Under the pieces are notes generated by a model that was not told the origin of the DNA, searched no databases, and was given only the letters and a program-made list of their open reading frames with translations. Positions 1-9,793 of a DNA stretch of 64,000 nucleotides are shown piece by piece. The DNA comes from an uncultured Chloroflexia bacterium (GTDB lineage Bacteria > Chloroflexota > Chloroflexia > QHBQ01 > JADMIH01): positions 384,001 to 448,000 of the forward strand of contig CAWCNY010000005.1 in NCBI GenBank assembly GCA_963797095.1. The letters run 5' to 3'. The position numbers were made by a program, and so were the translations under genes. Each line of letters begins with the position of its first letter. Positions within the stretch are counted from its first letter, which is position 1.

Positions 1-1254
1 TGTGAGGGCTCCTCGGCGGGTCAGGGCATCCAGGGCTGCTGAGCGGTCGTCCAGGAGGGTGCGGGCTACTATGCTCTGGTACATCTCCTGGGGGTCGGTG
101 GGGGTTTTGGCTGCCATCGAGAGCACTTCATTGTCGGCCATAGTGACGGCCATCGGGAGGTGGCGAGGGGCGAGGCGACCGAAGCCGCGCACCATAGAGC
201 CTGCCTGTTGTTTATCGATTATGTCGCTAAAGAGGACCACGAGGCTGCGCTTGCTGCGGCGGGTGGAGAGGAACGCGCCCGCCTTCAGGTAATCGGATTC
301 GACCTGCTGGGGCTGCACTTTGTAGAGGGCTTCGAGGAGGGTCAGGAACTGGCGGCGGCCCTTGTCTGGTTCATAGTAGGCGGTGACGGTGTCGGCAAAG
401 GTGAGGAGGCCGACGCGGTCGCCGCGCACGATGGCGACGTAGGCGAGAAGGAGGGTGGTGTTGATGGCGTAGTCGAGCTTGGAGAGGGGGCCGAGGGGGG
501 CGGTCATGAGGCGGCCCGCGTCGAGCATGACGATCACGCTCTGGGAGCGTTCGGGCTGGTAGTCGGTGGTGATCGGCTTGTGGAGGCGGGCTGTGGCGGG
601 CCAGTTGATGCGGCGATAGTCGTCGTCCTTCTCATAGTCGCGCAGGCGCTCGAACTCGGTGCCCTGGCCGAGCCGGCGCACGTTCTTGAGGCCGATCTCG
701 AATAGCTGGTCGCGGCGGGCCAAAAGCTCGTATTTGCGGACTTCGAGGAGGTTGGGGTAGACCTTCACTGGGGTATCAAGGGGGAAGCGGTGATTGCGCA
801 GGACGAGGCCGAGCACGCCGCGCCATCGGAGGTTGGTGCCGCCGAACTTGTAGTCGCCACGGCGGAGGGGCTTGACCGAGTAGGAGACGGTGACGGTGTC
901 GGCGGGGCCGGCGGTGCCCGACTGGAATAGCTCGCTTATGAGGTAGTCCTGGGGAGGCTCGTCGCGCAGGAGGAAATCGACGGGGCGGCCCTGGAGGCCG
1001 GGGGTGTTGGGGGCACCGAGGCGGCGGACCACGACCTTGATGGGGTTATCGGCACCGAGGGATAGCTTCGATTCGTTGTCTCGGGCGAGGCGGAAGTCAG
1101 TGGGCCTGGGGGATAGCCAGAGGTCGAGGGCGATCAGCCCGACTACTCCAAGCGCGTAGAGGCCCGCGAGCAGGAAGGCAGCGGGGGTGACGGTCGCCAG
1201 CGCGAGGAGCGGGGCGGCCACCAGGAGGAGGATGAGGGCGCGGCGAGTAATCAT
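1..1254 (-). CDS. DUF58 domain protein (MoxR-associated, vWA-like); runs off the window start
   Basis: Manual translation from ATG at 1254: MITRRALILLL...PLRRGDY...VKVYPNL...GQGTEFERLRDYEKDDDYRRINWPATAR...QPERSQSVIVMLDAGRLM, typical DUF58 motifs. Missing from the ORF track because no stop lies in the window. Confidence 0.9.
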   Translation of the reverse strand, partial: MITRRALILLLVAAPLLALATVTPAAFLLAGLYALGVVGLIALDLWLSPRPTDFRLARDNESKLSLGADNPIKVVVRRLGAPNTPGLQGRPVDFLLRDEPPQDYLISELFQSGTAGPADTVTVSYSVKPLRRGDYKFGGTNLRWRGVLGLVLRNHRFPLDTPVKVYPNLLEVRKYELLARRDQLFEIGLKNVRRLGQGTEFERLRDYEKDDDYRRINWPATARLHKPITTDYQPERSQSVIVMLDAGRLMTAPLGPLSKLDYAINTTLLLAYVAIVRGDRVGLLTFADTVTAYYEPDKGRRQFLTLLEALYKVQPQQVESDYLKAGAFLSTRRSKRSLVVLFSDIIDKQQAGSMVRGFGRLAPRHLPMAVTMADNEVLSMAAKTPTDPQEMYQSIVARTLLDDRSAALDALTRRGALT

Positions 1255-2312
1255 TTCGATTTTGGATTTTGGATCTTGGATTTTGGATTGGATGTGGGGG
1301 TGAAGTGGGCCATAAGATCTAGCGCGGGCGGGTCTAGATCATGCCAGCCTGCTTCTGAGGCAATGACTATATCGTCGGCATTGCCAAGTACGTGGCGGTG
1401 GCCCGTGCCCACGTAGATAGCGCCCGCATCGAACGTGAAGCGGCAGAAGAATGGGATACCTATCCAGCCTAGCAGATCGACGTAGCGGAGGGGGGTGCCG
1501 AGGAACGGGCCCCATATCGAGTCGCGCGAAGCCTCTATGTATATGTACTCCTGCTTGCCGTAGCCGGGGCGCAGCGTAAGTTCAACTCGCAAGGTGTAAG
1601 CGCTGGCAGAGCCCGGATCTTTCACATAATCGAGATACCGAGGTGGCACATCCTGGAAGGAGAGGCTTACTTCCCCGCCGATATAAAGCAGAGAGCGGTT
1701 GCCGCTGTTAGGGTGCAGACGAGATGCCACGCCACTGTAACTAACGTGCTCCAGCACTTTGCCTGGAAGATCACGCACGGCATCGACAATCTCACCAAGT
1801 CTGAGCCGCGATACGTCGTCCGATGTCAGATCCTTCTCGAACCAGACGTTCACATCCGGCCCCCTCGGGTGAGGCTCCTCTTTCACGACCCGGTAGCCAA
1901 GGCGCTTATAGAAAGAGAGATTGCTGGGCATTGAAGCGCGAGTGCCGAGGTAGAGGCGGCTGTAGCCGAGCATGGGCGCAAGATCCTCAATGTTGAGCAT
2001 GAGGAGTGTGCCGATACTCCTCTTGCGATAGTCGGGGTTGACCGCCACGCGCCCGATATAGAGGTAACCGTCGCGAGGCTCATAGCGCGCAGTAGCCACA
2101 AGCACGCCAGGCTCGAACGCTAGATAGTCGGGCATGTCATACACCAGTACGGTAGTGCCAAGCGCGGCGGCAGCACGAAAGTCCTCGACAGTGTCGCCAA
2201 GCGCACCCGGCGGCACAGGAATCGTACCCCGATATTCGGCAAAGGCCGCCTGAACCAGATCGTAGATGGCAGGCGCGTCGTCTTCGGTTGCATAGCGGAA
2301 TTCTAAAGCCAT
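1251..2312 (-). CDS. GNAT N-acetyltransferase fused to an unrecognised C-terminal domain
   Basis: N-terminal ~160 aa has GNAT motifs (GRVAVNPDYRKRSIGTLL, NLSFYKRLGY). The C-terminal ~190 aa is not recognised. Confidence 0.75.
   Translation of the reverse strand: MALEFRYATEDDAPAIYDLVQAAFAEYRGTIPVPPGALGDTVEDFRAAAALGTTVLVYDMPDYLAFEPGVLVATARYEPRDGYLYIGRVAVNPDYRKRSIGTLLMLNIEDLAPMLGYSRLYLGTRASMPSNLSFYKRLGYRVVKEEPHPRGPDVNVWFEKDLTSDDVSRLRLGEIVDAVRDLPGKVLEHVSYSGVASRLHPNSGNRSLLYIGGEVSLSFQDVPPRYLDYVKDPGSASAYTLRVELTLRPGYGKQEYIYIEASRDSIWGPFLGTPLRYVDLLGWIGIPFFCRFTFDAGAIYVGTGHRHVLGNADDIVIASEAGWHDLDPPALDLMAHFTPTSNPKSKIQNPKSK
1254..1293. repeat. Heptamer tandem repeat (GGATTTT)n
   Basis: attttggattttggatcttggattttggatt; it encodes the GNAT C-terminus NPKSKIQNPKSK. 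Confidence 0.9.
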
Positions 2313-2322
2313 ATTGGTGGTC

Positions 2323-2387
2323 AGTAGCCGGTAGCTGGTAGCCGGAGGATGATAATTGCTGGTTCTTGGTTCCGACTACCGACTACC
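2323..2387. repeat. Composite heptamer palindromic element (GGTAGTC / GGAACCA / CCGGCTA)
   Basis: Minus strand reads ggTAGtcggtagtcgg-aaccaagaaccagc-...tcct-ccggctaccagctaccggctact; the TAG is the MoxR stop. Confidence 0.8.
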
Positions 2388-3330
2388 TGGGAACCTCAAC
2401 GCGGGCGAGGATGCGTTCCAGCGCCCGATCAGCGTTGAGGCCTTCGATTTCGGCTTCGGGCTTCAGGATGATGCGGTGGCGCATCACGGGTGGGACGAGG
2501 ATCTTGATGTCGTCTGGGACCACGTAGTTGCGGCCCTGGAGGGCGGCGAGGGTCTTGGAGGTCTGCAGGAGGGCGATAGCGGCGCGGGGGGAGCCGCCGA
2601 GGGATAGGTCGGGCGAGCGGCGGCTCTCCTCGACGATGCGCTCGATGTAGTCGAGGATGGCATCGGCTACCTGTACGGCTGCGATCTCTTTGCGGGCTTC
2701 GGTGACGGTGGCTTCGTCGGCGATGGATTGGATGCCGGAGTCGGTGAGGTGGCGGGGGCTGAAGCCGGATTGGTAGTTGCGGAGCACCTGCAAACCTTCG
2801 TCGTGCGTTGGGTAGTCTACGAGCACTTTGAAGAGGAAGCGGTCTAACTGCGCTTCTGGTAGGGGATATGTGCCCTCGTATTCGACCGGGTTCTCGGTGG
2901 CGACCACCATGAAGAGGTTGGGAAGCGGGTAGCTGACACCATCGATGGTGACCTGGCGCTCCTCCATCAATTCGAGGAGGGCGGATTGGGTCTTGGCGGG
3001 GGCGCGGTTGATCTCGTCGCCCAGGAGGATGTTGGTGAAAACGGGGCCACGGCGCAGGGAGAAGGAGGTGGTCTGGAGGTCGAAGACGTTGGTGCCGATC
3101 ACGTCGGAGGGCATGAGGTCGGGGGTGAACTGGATGCGCTTGAAGTCGGCCCTGAGGGTGGTGGCGAGGGTGCGGGCCATGAGGGTTTTGGCGACGCCCG
3201 GCACACCCTCGATAAGGACATGGCCGTCGGTGAGGAGGGCCACGAGCAGGAGATCGAAGGGCCAGCGTTGGCCGACGATGACTTTGCGGCGCTCGGTGTC
3301 GAGTGATTTGTAGAGGTCTATTAGTGGCAT
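2383..3330 (-). CDS. moxR: MoxR family AAA+ ATPase
   Basis: [14 protein letters not shown] Walker [40 protein letters not shown]. Confidence 0.95.
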   Translation of the reverse strand: MPLIDLYKSLDTERRKVIVGQRWPFDLLLVALLTDGHVLIEGVPGVAKTLMARTLATTLRADFKRIQFTPDLMPSDVIGTNVFDLQTTSFSLRRGPVFTNILLGDEINRAPAKTQSALLELMEERQVTIDGVSYPLPNLFMVVATENPVEYEGTYPLPEAQLDRFLFKVLVDYPTHDEGLQVLRNYQSGFSPRHLTDSGIQSIADEATVTEARKEIAAVQVADAILDYIERIVEESRRSPDLSLGGSPRAAIALLQTSKTLAALQGRNYVVPDDIKILVPPVMRHRIILKPEAEIEGLNADRALERILARVEVPR

Positions 3331-3345
3331 GGTGCTCCTTTTGAG

Positions 3346-4457
3346 TTACAGCTGTTCGACACTTATCGTACCCAACTCAAGCAAATCATGCGGAGTTCTA
3401 GTAATTCCTAGGTTGTGTTCAATGAGCAATTCGACAAGTTGCTCGCCGTTCATGAGTGCAACTGGCACCGCATTGGGGCGCTCTGCTTCGTCACGCGCGC
3501 CCGAAGCGAAATCACTCGTTGTAATGATCAAAGCCTGGTCATGGGTTCCTAAACTTCCTCGCACTTCCCTTATGGTTGGTGATTGAACATTTCTTCTCCA
3601 TCGCTTTACTTGAACGGCCATACGTGTCCTTATGACACCAGCAACCACCAAGACCGCTCGCACATCTATGCCGCCATCCCTGTTTGTATGCCGCTATCCC
3701 TGTTTGGAGAAGTGACTATAACATCTTCAAATCCAAGCTTGATCAGAAGAAGACCTATTAGCTTCTCAAAGTCACTTGAAGGCATAACGTGAAGTAGCTC
3801 GCGTAGCTGACTCCGAGCTTTTCTATTGTGTTGTTCAATTTGATGATCTAAACTGGCGTCGACCCACTTGTTCAGACCGATGAACCCATTTCCATGTTTA
3901 CTGAAACGGCCTGTTCGTCCACGCTTGCGTTGGCGCTCTATATCAGTAAGTAGTTGAGCATACATAGTCTGTTCAGGAGTCTGGCCACGCGTGGAAACAA
4001 GCCCTAATTCGAGTGCCCTGCGCGTGATCTCTCGATAGTGCATCGGTTTATTGTTGCCAAATTGCTCAAGGACGCGTTCAGCCGCATCACTGAAAGAAAG
4101 CGATTCGGAGTCTTCGCTTACGCTGATTTCACTAGGCTCCTCAACCGCTTCGTTTCTAAGTTGAACCCCTGGTTCGATTTCATTAGCCGCTTTAGCTTTC
4201 TTCTTGAACGCTTTGCCAACATATTCAGCAAGGCCCCATTTTCGCAAAGCAAATAATCGTGGGGCACATCGCTGAAAACGCGAAGCCGTTCCTTTATCTC
4301 TAATGTCAACAGCTAACCGCGCTTCGACCGTATCCAAGGGAGTTTTGCCTTGAGTTTGCCAAAGGCTCTGAGTCAATATTCGTTTCGTAATATCACTGGC
4401 AGTCATTGGGCTGCCAGTCTTGCTTAAAACATACTCAGCAGCGTCTAAAGCATTCAT
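3346..4457 (-). pseudogene. mrr: 2x HARE-HTH + Mrr-like restriction endonuclease, frameshifted by a 20-bp duplication
   Basis: Two HARE-HTH-like repeats (DAAEYVL...GKTP; DAAERVL...GQTP), then FEKLIGLLL...D[GGIDV]...VQVKRW...IITTSDF. Start ATG at 4457 has a GGAG RBS. The segment is visibly lower in GC than its flanks. Confidence 0.85.
3667..3706. repeat. 20-bp near-perfect tandem duplication
   Basis: tatgccgccatccctgtttg / tatgccgctatccctgtttg (one mismatch). Confidence 0.95.
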
Positions 4458-4482
4458 GGTGACTCCTATTTGAGTCTGGTTG

Positions 4483-4719
4483 TCAATCACCTTCCTCGTC
4501 GCGCAATTCATCCCGGTGCCAGGCGTGATCGTGGCGGCCTTCGCCGAGGTTGCCCGTTTCCTGGGCGCGGCGCAGGTGCTTGTAAGACTGGACGGGCACC
4601 AGCACAGCCACAGGCTCGCCGCCTTGCTCAATGATTATACTATTGGCGTCCTGGGCCACGTCCAATAGCACGCGATCCCAATCGCTCACAACTGTTGATG
4701 CGTCCATGCGCTTTTCCAT
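4483..4719 (-). CDS. Phd/YefM-like antitoxin
   Basis: 78 aa with DRVLLDV...IIIEQGGEPVAVLVP, matching the Phd/YefM N-terminal pattern; GGAGGT RBS. Confidence 0.7.
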   Translation of the reverse strand: MEKRMDASTVVSDWDRVLLDVAQDANSIIIEQGGEPVAVLVPVQSYKHLRRAQETGNLGEGRHDHAWHRDELRDEEGD

Positions 4720-4766
4720 TGTTACCTCCCAAGATCAACTTGACTTGCTGAGGTGAAAGAGGAACC

Positions 4767-4815
4767 TGGGGGACACCCCCAACTCCCCCGGCAGGGGACT
4801 GCCCCCTGCACCCCT
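4767..4815. repeat. GC-rich double-hairpin intergenic element
   Basis: ggggg-aca-ccccc ... gcagggg-actgc-cccctgc, directly after the DUF4350 stop; REP-like appearance. Confidence 0.45.
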
Positions 4816-6086
4816 CAATCCGAACGCATGCCGAGCGCCTCCCGGCGCACGCTCTCGGCATCTCGGATGGCGGAGACGGTTTCGGCCTCTACCGTTTCGG
4901 AGGCGGAGCCACCGCCTTCCAGGTGGCGCAGGCGCTCGATGGCGTGGGCCATTTTGGACTGGTCGAAGGTGTGGCGACCGCGCTCGGCCAGCGATTGCAC
5001 AAAACGCTGGTCGGTGAGGTAGGGGTCTAGCTCGGCATGCTTCGAGAGCGTACGCTTGAAGTATTGTAGGTAGTGTTCGGCAGCCCACCCTGGCTTGCGG
5101 GCGCGTCGGAACAGGGAGGCTACCGAGCGCACGTAGTCGGAGGTGGGGCGTCTCTGGTCTGGTGTCCACACAGGGAGAGCAGGGCCGAGCCTGCGACCGC
5201 TCCAGAGGAAGTAGATGCCCACGAGAGCCGCGCCGTAGAGGAGCGCCCAGCCCCACGCGTTGCCCGTCAGTAGCGCGATCAGATCGCCGCCAACGCTCGC
5301 GCCGTGGTGAGCCTCGTCGAACACCACGCGGCGGTTCCCGGCTGCTTGCACGAGATTGTACACGAACGCGCCGTTGCTCGCGTCGCGTATCCCCTCGTTG
5401 CTCATCGGGTAGTCGCTGGAGAGGACGAACACGCGCCCATCGCCCACCCGTATGAGGGCGGCAAGGGGCAGGCGATTGCCGTCGGAGTCGAGCGAAGAGG
5501 CAAGCACCACAGTGTCGGTTATCGGCAAGGCCAGCGTCCACACGCCGGGCAGTTTGACCGCGGCCACAGGAGGGTCGTTCAAGAGGGGTTGGGAGAGAGG
5601 GACGGTGTCGGTGAAATTGGTGTGGAAATCGAGGTCGATGCCCAACTCGCGGAGCATGGGGTGGGCACCACCCAGGCCCGAACTGAGGTCACCGTTGCGG
5701 CTCCCCATAGCGAGGATCAGGGTATGGCCTGCCTCCAGCCAATTACGCACGCTCCCAGCCTGGCCTTCGGGAAAATCGGCGTTGGGGTTGACCATCACAA
5801 GGGTACCGTTGGAGGGCGGGAAGCTCTGGCCGGACGAGACGCGGCCCACATCGAACCCTGCCCGGTCGAGCCATTCGTAGAGGGCGCTTGTGCCGCGCTT
5901 TCCCTGGCTCAGGGTCGAGCCTACGCTCTCCGGCGTGTCACTTACCCCCTCGAAGCCGACCAACCACAACAAGCCGATCAGGAGCACAATCGCCGAGATG
6001 CCGAGCACCAGCAACTCGCCCGTCCGCGACTGCTGTGTGCGAGCTGTGGGATAGAGGGGGTTTGATTGGGGTCGGGGTTGGTCCAT
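4815..6086 (-). CDS. DUF4350 domain membrane protein
   Basis: N-terminal TM; GTSALYEWL, G-G-VFVLSS, N-GI...N, VVFDEAHHG, RRLGP; position within the MoxR operon. Confidence 0.8.
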   Translation of the reverse strand: MDQPRPQSNPLYPTARTQQSRTGELLVLGISAIVLLIGLLWLVGFEGVSDTPESVGSTLSQGKRGTSALYEWLDRAGFDVGRVSSGQSFPPSNGTLVMVNPNADFPEGQAGSVRNWLEAGHTLILAMGSRNGDLSSGLGGAHPMLRELGIDLDFHTNFTDTVPLSQPLLNDPPVAAVKLPGVWTLALPITDTVVLASSLDSDGNRLPLAALIRVGDGRVFVLSSDYPMSNEGIRDASNGAFVYNLVQAAGNRRVVFDEAHHGASVGGDLIALLTGNAWGWALLYGAALVGIYFLWSGRRLGPALPVWTPDQRRPTSDYVRSVASLFRRARKPGWAAEHYLQYFKRTLSKHAELDPYLTDQRFVQSLAERGRHTFDQSKMAHAIERLRHLEGGGSASETVEAETVSAIRDAESVRREALGMRSD

Positions 6087-6093
6087 TACTGTC

Positions 6094-6147
6094 TACTTCG
6101 TATTGCGTATTGCCTATTGCCTATTGCCTATTGCCTATTGCCTATTT
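6094..6147. repeat. Heptamer tandem repeat (CTATTGC/GTATTGC)n
   Basis: About 7 units between the DUF4129 and DUF4350 genes. Confidence 0.9.
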
Positions 6148-6157
6148 CTGTTGGTGA

Positions 6158-7402
6158 TTAGGCCGCTTTTGGCTGGCTTTTTGTGGTTATTTGTGCTTCT
6201 ATTGAGGCGGCTCGGGCGGTGTACTGTGTCCATTCTTCGGCGCTGGTTGGGCTGTTGCCGTACCAGACTTCCTCGAAGCGACTCAGGAGGAGTTGCAGTT
6301 GGTCGTGGAGGGGGCCGGGCGCTCGGAAGAGGTATTCGCGGTTGGTGGCGCTACGGTCGAATACCAGCATACCTGCTTCGTCCAACGCCAGGAGCACCGC
6401 CAGGCAGCGATACCTGATCGCGCTGTGATAATCCCCTTCGGAGGCCGATTGATCGGCGCGAACGCGGGCCTCTTGCGCGCTCATGCCCAGCACGGATGCC
6501 AGGTCGGACACTGAGCGCACGCTGCCGGGGGCGCTTCCACGGTTCAGCCCCGCGAGGATGAGGCCAACCGCTACGGCGGCAACCGCCAACCCTACGGCGG
6601 TAAGCGCCTGGAATACAACATCGAAGTGCTCGGTCGCGAGATAAAAGATACCAGCCGCAAGGAGGCCACCAAGCGCCGAAAGCCCCAGGCGTGCCCACCT
6701 GTTGGGCACCCACTTATCGGTTGACAGGAAGATAATAGCGGCCACGGCTATGCCTGCGAGCAGCGACAAGAAGAGGCGGGACAGCACGCTGTCGGGGTCG
6801 CTTTCGCCTGTGAGGCTTGCGAGCCAGCGGGCGAGCTGGGCTAGCGGAGACTCCGACCGAGCATAGTCGTAAATCGGGTTGCTCAGGACTGAAGCGAGAG
6901 CCGCCTCTGCGTCAGCGCCCGACATAGTGCCATCGACCGCACCCACATGCCCGGCGGGGCCAACTTGCAGGCTCGACGCCAGGAGAGCAAGCCCGCTGCT
7001 GACCGCTTCGAGGTTGGGGTCGTCCTCTGCCAACTCCTGTAACAGGCGCGTGTTATCTACCTGTGCAAGCGTAGCCCCGCCTTCGGTGCCGGTGATAGAT
7101 GCTCCTTCTACGACCTGGAGATCGGCCTTCACACGTTTGATAGCCTCTTTGCGCGTGTCGCCCTCCGAGGAGAGGGCATTGTTCAGGTCGTTCTGGGCGG
7201 ACTGGATGGTGGCTCGGTAATCGGCCAGCGGCACGACTTTGCCGAGGGCGGGGCGTTGAGGGGGCGCGGGCGGGATGGGGCCACTTCCCTGGCGCAGGAA
7301 GAAGAACCATACCCCCAGGACGGCGATCAACACAACGGCAAGGAGGCTGCCCCAGCGCACATTGGCGGGTACCGTCCGTACTCTGGCGAGGAACTGCGTC
7401 AT
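6158..7402 (-). CDS. DUF4129 domain membrane protein
   Basis: Several TMs; C-terminal GDYHSAIRY...TNREYL...FEEVWYG, typical of DUF4129. Confidence 0.8.
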   Translation of the reverse strand: MTQFLARVRTVPANVRWGSLLAVVLIAVLGVWFFFLRQGSGPIPPAPPQRPALGKVVPLADYRATIQSAQNDLNNALSSEGDTRKEAIKRVKADLQVVEGASITGTEGGATLAQVDNTRLLQELAEDDPNLEAVSSGLALLASSLQVGPAGHVGAVDGTMSGADAEAALASVLSNPIYDYARSESPLAQLARWLASLTGESDPDSVLSRLFLSLLAGIAVAAIIFLSTDKWVPNRWARLGLSALGGLLAAGIFYLATEHFDVVFQALTAVGLAVAAVAVGLILAGLNRGSAPGSVRSVSDLASVLGMSAQEARVRADQSASEGDYHSAIRYRCLAVLLALDEAGMLVFDRSATNREYLFRAPGPLHDQLQLLLSRFEEVWYGNSPTSAEEWTQYTARAASIEAQITTKSQPKAA

Positions 7403-7540
7403 GGCCGCCCTTTCGTGCCACCAGTATTCAGGACCTGGCCCACCGTGTGCACACCGAAGATGTAGGGAATATCCGGCATGAATTTAGCTTGCGGGTTGGG
7501 TATGTCGGTCTGCATGGGCGGTCGGACGTTGGGCGTGAGG

Positions 7541-8785
7541 CTACTGCTCGCTGCCAGGTTGTTGCGGGCTTCCGGGTGTTTCGGGAGGTTCGGGCCATTC
7601 GGACGGCTCGGGTGGAGAAGTGGGCCACCCATACTCGCTGCCAAACTCCTGCGCGGGAGGTAGCGGGTAGGTAGCGCCGTACTGTTGCGCCTGGGTGTCG
7701 CCTCCCAATTGGGGTGGGGTGTAACCGCTAATGGGCTGGGTCTGGCCGTACTGAGGTTGCCCGTGGCCCCCGTAAGCGCCGCCCCAGGCGGGCATGGGGG
7801 CGTTGGGCGCGTACCGCTGGGCCATAGCGGTCTCCAGGTCGTAGCCTTCTTTGCGCACCCGCAGGTCGAAATAGTAGAGGGTGATCGCTATCAGTTGGAG
7901 AGGTACATAGATAAGGGTCGTGAAGACGGTGACGAAACCGCTAAGTAGTTGCTGAAGCACAAGGTCGCGGGGGGCAAAGACCGAGACGAGGCCCGATATG
8001 ATGCTGGAGGGACCCAACTGCACCACCCACGAGAATACCAGTAGAAGGCCCTGCAAAGCCAGTGTGCGCCACCAGTAATTCTGAACAAGCCCCCAACTGC
8101 GACGGATACATTGCACAGGCCCAAGCCTCTCGACGATGAGGGCAGGTGTGGTGACTGTAAGGCGGATGGAGATATAGATAAGGGCGGCAACCGCCGGTAG
8201 GAATAGGAAGCACGAAAGACAGATCAGGCCTCCTCCCGCCGCGGCGGAGGTGTCATTGCCGAGGGCCAGTCCGAATGCGAACAAGAACATCAGCACAATT
8301 GGCAAGAAGAGGGCTATATAGATCAGCAGCTGGAGGAAGATGAGGCCGATAAGTGGGCCTGCGCTCTTGAACATCTGGCGGTAAGAGCTACCGAACCCGA
8401 CAGGGCGGTCAAGGTAGCTGTCGGCGACCCCCGCGATGAGCGCGCCTTCGCTCAGTTTCTGCAACAACCCATACAGGATAGAAAGGCCGAATATCGCGCC
8501 ATAAAGGACGAAGATAAAGCTGAAAACTTCGTTCATGCTGCCCGACGAGATGTCGCTTGACGTGAGATCGCCCTCGATGTTTGAGAGGTCTCCCAGCAGG
8601 AAGACGGTAGCGCCCTGAATCAGCAATTGCAAGGGAACGTGCACGACCGCGATGATGGCGACGAAGGTGAGGAAGCGCTTGCGATAGAGGCGGAATGCCT
8701 GGTCGAGCACCTCGGCTACGGTGCGAGGTCTGAGCCGTGAGATTATGGGGTCAATGGGGACGGCGGTTGTTGCGGACTGGTACAT
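7541..8785 (-). CDS. Multi-pass membrane protein (GDPD membrane domain-like) of the MoxR operon
   Basis: LRPRTVAEVLDQAFRLYR, ERLGPVQCIRRSW, YYFDLRVRKEGYDL; Pro/Gln-rich tail. Confidence 0.75.
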   Translation of the reverse strand: MYQSATTAVPIDPIISRLRPRTVAEVLDQAFRLYRKRFLTFVAIIAVVHVPLQLLIQGATVFLLGDLSNIEGDLTSSDISSGSMNEVFSFIFVLYGAIFGLSILYGLLQKLSEGALIAGVADSYLDRPVGFGSSYRQMFKSAGPLIGLIFLQLLIYIALFLPIVLMFLFAFGLALGNDTSAAAGGGLICLSCFLFLPAVAALIYISIRLTVTTPALIVERLGPVQCIRRSWGLVQNYWWRTLALQGLLLVFSWVVQLGPSSIISGLVSVFAPRDLVLQQLLSGFVTVFTTLIYVPLQLIAITLYYFDLRVRKEGYDLETAMAQRYAPNAPMPAWGGAYGGHGQPQYGQTQPISGYTPPQLGGDTQAQQYGATYPLPPAQEFGSEYGWPTSPPEPSEWPEPPETPGSPQQPGSEQ

Positions 8786-8840
8786 TGGGGTTCCTATTGC
8801 TTACTGCTTACTTCGTATTGCGTATCTCATTGCCTTTCGA

Positions 8841-9296
8841 TCAGGTTGATGCCCTATCGCCGGTGTCTATCAGGATGGTGACGGGGCCATCGTTTAGTAG
8901 CGACACTTCCATGTGAGCGCCGAAGCGACCTGTCTCGACCTGTATGCCCGACCGGCGCATGTAATGGGCGCACCGCTCCACCAGCGCTTCAGCATGCTCC
9001 GGCGGGGCCGCGTCCACGAAGGAGGGCCTGCGGCCTTTGCGCGTGTCTGCGTATAGGGTGAACTGAGAGACAAGCAAAACTGACCCGTCCACATCGTCCA
9101 GAGCCAGGTTGAACTTACCTTCGGCGTCGGAGAAGACGCGCAGGCCCGCAATCTTACCCGCTATGTGGCGGGCAGCTTCTTCGGTGTCGTTCTTGCCGAT
9201 GCCCAGCAGAACAAGAAAGCCAACTCCGATCTTGCCGACAGTTTGCCCCTCGACAACTACTTCGGCATGGCGAACGCGTTGGATTACTGCTCTCAT
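8841..9296 (-). CDS. dtd: D-aminoacyl-tRNA deacylase
   Basis: [26 protein letters not shown]. Confidence 0.97.
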   Translation of the reverse strand: MRAVIQRVRHAEVVVEGQTVGKIGVGFLVLLGIGKNDTEEAARHIAGKIAGLRVFSDAEGKFNLALDDVDGSVLLVSQFTLYADTRKGRRPSFVDAAPPEHAEALVERCAHYMRRSGIQVETGRFGAHMEVSLLNDGPVTILIDTGDRAST

Positions 9297-9793
9297 TACT
9301 TATGCTTCGTATGTTCGTCACGAGCCAGAAGCGCCACGCAGTAGGCCGCCATCCCTTCGCCTGTGCCCGTGAAGCCAAGGCCATCGGTGGTCTTGCTTTT
9401 GACACTTATACGCTCCTCCTCGATCTGGAGCGTGGCCGCGATAACCGCTTTCATACGTGGGACGTGGGGCGACAGCCTGGGGCGCTGGGCCACTATTGTG
9501 CCGTCGAGGTTCTCGACGCGCCAGCCATGCTCGCGCACCAGGGCGGCCAGCTGCTTCAGCATGGAGATGCTGGAAATGCCCTCGATGCCTGGGTCGGACG
9601 ACGGGAAATGAGTGCCTATATCGCCAAGACCCGCCGCGCCCAGGATGGCATCGATTGCCGCGTGAAGCAGTACATCGGCATCAGAATGCCCGGCGAGGCC
9701 GCGCTCAAAGGGCACTTCAACCCCGCCCAGGATAAGCGGTCTCCCTTCGACCAGGCGGTGCGCGTCAAATCCCATGCCCACCCTGAAACTCAT
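9296..9793 (-). CDS. ispF: 2-C-methyl-D-erythritol 2,4-cyclodiphosphate synthase
   Basis: [26 protein letters not shown]. Confidence 0.97.
   Translation of the reverse strand: MSFRVGMGFDAHRLVEGRPLILGGVEVPFERGLAGHSDADVLLHAAIDAILGAAGLGDIGTHFPSSDPGIEGISSISMLKQLAALVREHGWRVENLDGTIVAQRPRLSPHVPRMKAVIAATLQIEEERISVKSKTTDGLGFTGTGEGMAAYCVALLARDEHTKHK

Noticed and set aside
160-705. 181-aa plus-strand ORF
   Set aside because: Antisense shadow of the DUF58 gene; many other long overlapping ORFs in the track are likewise shadows in GC-rich DNA.
4458-4631. N-terminal extension of the Mrr ORF in the ORF track
   Set aside because: It overlaps the antitoxin gene; the RBS supports a start at 4457.
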